Shown here: in pieces, positions 60,164 to 64,000 of the stretch | Layout: each line of letters begins with the position of its first letter | Numbering within the stretch: the first letter of the stretch is position 1 | Source: an uncultured Pseudomonadales bacterium | GTDB lineage: Bacteria > Patescibacteriota > Microgenomatia > UBA1400 > UBA1396 | Length of the DNA stretch: 64,000 bases | Assembly (NCBI GenBank): GCA_964603945.1 | Contig: CAZRWP010000001.1 | Span: 184,547-248,546 of the forward strand | Direction: 5' to 3' | Translations under genes and position numbers: made by a program | Notes under the pieces: generated by a model | What the model was told of the DNA's origin: nothing | Database searches by the model: none | What the model saw: only the letters and a program-made list of their open reading frames with translations

Positions 60164-61834
60164 ATGCAAGCAATTACACGGTGGTTTCGCAAACAGAGTG
60201 GCTGGCTGGAATCTCAGCAAGCTTCGATTTTGTCAGCCGCCTTCATTATTTTTATCGCCAATATTGCTTCCGCCGGTTTTGGCCTGATAAAAAACCGCGT
60301 TATATCGGCGTATTACGTAAATCCTGACTACGGAAATCTACTGGACGCTTACTGGGTGGCATTTAGATTGCCTGAGTTTGTCTATCAACTGATCATTTTG
60401 GGCACCTTGTCGGCGGCATTTGTTCCAATTTTTACCAAGATGTATCAAAAAGATGACGAAGAAGCTTATAGCTTAACGCGTCAAGTAATGCTGATTCTGC
60501 TGATGTTGTTTTTAGCTGGCGGTTTGATAATTTTCCTGTTTGCTCCGCAATTTATTCAGCTTTTAACCGGGCCGGAATTTACTTTGGCGCAAATGGAAAT
60601 GGCTGTCTCCATGACCAGAATTATGCTTTTGGCTCAGTTTTTCTTTGCTGTATCTGGATTTTTCTCGGCGATGCTCCAAAGCTTGAAGCGTTTTATTCTG
60701 CCTGCTTTTAGTCCCATTTTCTATAATATCGGCATAATTTTATCGATCGTATTTTTCTCTGAAGAACTTGGCTTATATGCCGCCGCTTGGGGAACCGTTA
60801 TGGGAGCGGCCATGCACATGCTAATTCAAGTTCCACTAATTAAAAAAGTCGGCTTTAATTTATTTGGCTCTTTAGATTGGAGCAAAAAGCGTTTAAAAGA
60901 AGTCCTGCTGTTGGCCGGTCCCAGAACCGCCACCATCGGTATCGAACAAATGTCCGGCTTTGCCATTACTTTTTTTGCTACCGCCATTGGCGGCATCAGC
61001 TTGACTCTGATAACTTTTGCTCAATCTTTAATGACACTGCCAATTCGATTTTTCGGCGTGTCCATTGGGCAAGCCTCACTTCCATTTTTATCGGCATCAC
61101 AAGATGACATAACTGGCTTCCGCCGTATGGTCTTCCGCTCCCTGCGCCAAATCACCTTTTTTGCCGCGCCAGGGGCGGTCATGCTGTTGGTGCTCCGCGT
61201 TGCCCTCACTCGCCTGGCTTTTGGCGTAGGTGAGTTCCCCTGGCGCGCTACCTTAGTCACCGCCGAAGCGCTAGGAATCCTGGCTTTGTCGATTCCGGCT
61301 CAAGCGGCCACTCATTTACTGGTCCGCGCTTTTTACGCGCTTAACAATACCGTTATTCCGTTTTTGTCGTCACTCTTTTACTTCATAATTAATATCCTGT
61401 TTGGTTGGTACTTTGTTATTCAACTAGATTTGGGCGTTAAAGGTTTGGCGATTGCCCTGACTCTTGCTTCTGTCTCCGAGGTAATTGTGGTCTTTATTTT
61501 GCTTTTGCACCGGATCGGCTTGGAAAGCATTTGGAGTTTAGTTTCTTCCTTACTGAGAATTGCTATGGCCGCTTTTCTTATGTCGATCACCTTGTTTGTC
61601 CTTCAGCGATTGTTTGACTTATACGTCTTTGAGACCTCCCTTGTTTGGGAACTGATCAAACTGACGCTGGTCGTCGGCACCGCTGGCACCGCCGTTTACC
61701 TTGGCTTTTGCTGGCTCCTTAAGATTGAAGAGTTAACTATTCTCAAACAGATTTATAAGAAGTTAGCCTCGCAGTGGACCAAGTCTGTTAGCTCCACACC
61801 TGAATTTGTTGAGAGCGTCAGCCAGCAGGATTAA
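60164..61834 (+). CDS. murJ: lipid II flippase MurJ/MviN
   Basis: 556 aa, ~14 TM, N-terminus …NRVISAYYVNPDYGNLLDAYWVAFRLPEFVYQLIILGTLSAAFVPIF… typical MurJ. Confidence 0.85.
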   Translation: MQAITRWFRKQSGWLESQQASILSAAFIIFIANIASAGFGLIKNRVISAYYVNPDYGNLLDAYWVAFRLPEFVYQLIILGTLSAAFVPIFTKMYQKDDEEAYSLTRQVMLILLMLFLAGGLIIFLFAPQFIQLLTGPEFTLAQMEMAVSMTRIMLLAQFFFAVSGFFSAMLQSLKRFILPAFSPIFYNIGIILSIVFFSEELGLYAAAWGTVMGAAMHMLIQVPLIKKVGFNLFGSLDWSKKRLKEVLLLAGPRTATIGIEQMSGFAITFFATAIGGISLTLITFAQSLMTLPIRFFGVSIGQASLPFLSASQDDITGFRRMVFRSLRQITFFAAPGAVMLLVLRVALTRLAFGVGEFPWRATLVTAEALGILALSIPAQAATHLLVRAFYALNNTVIPFLSSLFYFIINILFGWYFVIQLDLGVKGLAIALTLASVSEVIVVFILLLHRIGLESIWSLVSSLLRIAMAAFLMSITLFVLQRLFDLYVFETSLVWELIKLTLVVGTAGTAVYLGFCWLLKIEELTILKQIYKKLASQWTKSVSSTPEFVESVSQQD

Positions 61835-61847
61835 TTTTTTACTTGCT

Positions 61848-61935
61848 GAAGGATCATCCTTGCCCCACCTCTTGCCTGGAAGGATCATCCTAGGATGATC
61901 CTTCTTGAGGAAACTGCGGGCAAGGATGATCCTTC
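61848..61935. repeat. ~90-bp nested palindromic intergenic repeat element, copy 3
   Basis: Same element as 10588-10680 and 13102-13190. Confidence 0.85.
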
Positions 61936-61950
61936 ATTTTGCACCACGAA

Positions 61951-61979
61951 AAAGCCCCCGACTAGCGAGGGCTTTTTAG
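61951..61979. terminator. bidirectional rho-independent terminator (AAAGCCCCCG…GAGGGCTTTTT) between murJ and pilin array
   Basis: GC stem followed by T5 on + strand and A-run on − strand. Confidence 0.65.
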
Positions 61980-61993
61980 ATTCTAAATTTAGG

Positions 61994-62386
61994 TTAGCGC
62001 TCGAGACCGATACCGCCAGCCACTTCTTCAAGATTAATACCGAAGAATTGGAGAATCAGGTTGAAGATAGCCCATGAGGCAATCACAATCAGCAAACCAA
62101 TTAAGGCAGAAGTAATCTTGTTGCGGGCACTTTCGGTTTTACCCTTATCGCCACCTGAGGTCAGCCATTGGAAGCCACCCAGAATTAGATAAAGCAAAAC
62201 AGCCAGAGCGGAAAGCAAGATAGCACCATTAATTAATGAGGCAATTAAGCCAGCCATTGTTAAGTTGCCACCAGCCTGAATTTCGTCTGGATCTGGCAGA
62301 ATGTCATAAGTTTGGGCTCGAACTTCGCCAACTGCCAAAGACAGTGCCGTGACAGCTGAGGCTAAACCAACAGTCAATTTTTTCAT
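61994..62386 (-). CDS. T4SS-pilin-like (TrbC/VirB2-like, CPR-type) protein, paralog 1, with Sec signal peptide
   Basis: Signal peptide MKKLTVGLASAVTALSLAVGEVRAQ; two TM helices flanking conserved WLTSGGDKGKTESARNKI motif. Confidence 0.65.
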   Translation of the reverse strand: MKKLTVGLASAVTALSLAVGEVRAQTYDILPDPDEIQAGGNLTMAGLIASLINGAILLSALAVLLYLILGGFQWLTSGGDKGKTESARNKITSALIGLLIVIASWAIFNLILQFFGINLEEVAGGIGLER

Positions 62387-62473
62387 TATTAGCTCCTTTT
62401 CTTTTTTCCTTCACTATTATATCATTTTTGCCCAGGCAGAGTTGAATTGCAAGCGGTATTCCATTTCCTCAGT

Positions 62474-63037
62474 TTAACAACTGCTAAAATCATACTGAGG
62501 CAGTTCTTCTCCAGATATACATTCACAAGGCTCCCAGTGGTTATAATTAAACCCTGAAACCCCTTCGCCTGGTCCAAAGCATTTCATTTTTGCCGCCCCG
62601 CCATTGGAGCAATAACCTCCACGGCCGCCATCAGATCCAGTCTGATAAGGTGTGCAAACCGCACCACCGCCCCCACTTCCGCTGCCACCGCTGCCTCCAC
62701 CACCTCCGCTGCTGCCCTGGCCCAAGTTTACATCCAGTAAATTCAGCACAAAGGTGTACAGGGTATAAATAAAGACTAAGATCACAAAGCCAATCAAGGC
62801 TTGAACAATTTTATTTCGAGCGGACTCGAGTTTTCCCTTGTCGCCGCCGGAAGTTATCCAGTTAATCGCACCCAGAATTAGGTATACGAGTAAAATCAGA
62901 GCCCCGACTAGAATTGCCCCTTCAATCAACGTGATAATCAGCTGAGTCATGCTGGAACCAGCTAAGCTTTCACCTTGAGGTATATTTTCCAAGTTGCCCT
63001 GGATATCAATTGTTGTTGTTCCTTGAAGTAACCACAT
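62474..63037 (-). CDS. T4SS-pilin-like protein, paralog 2, with Gly-rich linker and 6-Cys C-terminal module
   Basis: WITSGGDKGKLESARNKI motif; C-terminus GGGGGSGGSGSGGGG…C..C..C..CEC…C. Confidence 0.65.
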   Translation of the reverse strand: MWLLQGTTTIDIQGNLENIPQGESLAGSSMTQLIITLIEGAILVGALILLVYLILGAINWITSGGDKGKLESARNKIVQALIGFVILVFIYTLYTFVLNLLDVNLGQGSSGGGGGSGGSGSGGGGAVCTPYQTGSDGGRGGYCSNGGAAKMKCFGPGEGVSGFNYNHWEPCECISGEELPQYDFSSC

Positions 63038-63052
63038 AGTTATCTTTTCTCA

Positions 63053-63559
63053 TTAATTCCAAAATTCTTCTGCTTCTTTAATTTTCTGTTGTTGCTGCTT
63101 AATTTTTTCCTCTGCGTCCTTTTCTGCATTCTTTTGAGCATTCTTCATAAATTGAGAATACCAACTTGGCTTGCCGGTGCTTGATTCTTCACTTAACTGA
63201 TTAATAAACTCGACCTTCAGCAGATCAATTCCAAACAAAGTTGGCCCAATCCATTGCAAGATGGTTACGGAGAATACTAGTAAAGCAAAGCCAATAAAAG
63301 CCTGAATTATGCGTTGCTGGGCTTTTTCGATTTTACCCTTGTCGCCGCCAGCAGTAATCCAGTTGATCGCGCCCAGAATAAAATAGATTAGTACCGCTAA
63401 GCCACCTAAGGCAACAGCTGAGGTTATGGCAATCGCAATGTATTTGCCTAAGATTTCAGCACCGACTTGGCCACTATCACCATTGGCCTCCGGCAGACCT
63501 TTAACGGCCGGATTCGTCAACCCTGGCTGACTGACTGCTTGAGCAATTAGATTAAGCAT
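63053..63559 (-). CDS. T4SS-pilin-like protein, paralog 3, with charged coiled-coil C-terminus
   Basis: WITAGGDKGKIEKAQQRI motif between two TM helices. Confidence 0.65.
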   Translation of the reverse strand: MLNLIAQAVSQPGLTNPAVKGLPEANGDSGQVGAEILGKYIAIAITSAVALGGLAVLIYFILGAINWITAGGDKGKIEKAQQRIIQAFIGFALLVFSVTILQWIGPTLFGIDLLKVEFINQLSEESSTGKPSWYSQFMKNAQKNAEKDAEEKIKQQQQKIKEAEEFWN

Positions 63560-63560
63560 A

Positions 63561-63953
63561 TTAATTTGCCCCTCGGTTACTTAAAATTTCCAGGAATGGC
63601 TCAGCAGGATTTAACAGCTCAATGCCAAACACGCCGCCTACAATTCCGACAATACCAATCGTCACGATCATGATCAGCAAACCAATGGCCGCGTTGATCA
63701 TGCGGTTTTGGGCTTTTTCCACGCCACCCTTGTCCGTACCAGCACGTAGCCAGTCAAATGCGGCAATAAGAAAGTAAATCACAAAAAAGAGACCACCTAG
63801 GACGGTTAAAAAACCGATAATCAAAGATATTTCAGAGGTTAAAAGGGCAACGGCATTTTCTTCTGACTCGGCGTAAAGTTCAGTCTGCTGACCAATCACG
63901 CCAGCGCCTTTGATTGGGCCTTCGCCTAACTGTAATTCTTCAGCTATCAACAT
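63561..63953 (-). CDS. T4SS-pilin-like protein, paralog 4
   Basis: WLRAGTDKGGVEKAQNRM motif between two TM helices; 1-nt spacing to paralog 3. Confidence 0.6.
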   Translation of the reverse strand: MLIAEELQLGEGPIKGAGVIGQQTELYAESEENAVALLTSEISLIIGFLTVLGGLFFVIYFLIAAFDWLRAGTDKGGVEKAQNRMINAAIGLLIMIVTIGIVGIVGGVFGIELLNPAEPFLEILSNRGAN

Positions 63954-64000
63954 ATTTAATTCCCCGGTCCTACAATGGTTGGTCGCAGTAAGGACATAGT

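Noticed and set aside
1-64000. Alternative genetic code (UGA=Gly, code 25) as in some CPR lineages
   Set aside because: All housekeeping genes, including rpoB/rpoC at over 1100 aa, are intact under the standard code, with TGA used as a stop (e.g. after the dnaX -1-frame sites); no evidence for recoding.

Overview
This window looks like a small-genome Patescibacteria/CPR-type bacterium using the standard genetic code. The core is a 20 kb minus-strand block, rpoB-rpoC-rpsL-rpsG-fusA-tuf-S10-spc-alpha-rplQ-rplM-rpsI, with uL30 and map absent and Lys/Ala-rich tails on many translation proteins. It is flanked by dnaX-ybaB-recR, groESL, a tRNA-Cys, a cell-wall cluster (ddl, class-A PBP, GH18, murJ), ldh and cmk. 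The accessory content is: (1) a ~7 kb compositionally distinct island (46.6-53.7 kb) with a small tyrosine recombinase, an XRE regulator, a 1052-aa DUF2341+4xLamG surface protein with mosaic GC, a Phd/YefM-like and MazG-like gene pair, and a truncated conjugative-type ATPase pseudogene; (2) a tandem array of four T4SS-pilin-like paralogs at the right edge; (3) a cluster of large secreted, Cys-rich or low-complexity proteins at the left edge; (4) a dispersed ~90-bp nested-palindrome repeat present three times; (5) several other repeat or hairpin elements. Separately, dnaX carries two A9 tracts, each followed by an immediate -1-frame UGA, suggesting tau/gamma production by slippage. All calls are from manual reading of the sequence and ORF track; no database searches were run.
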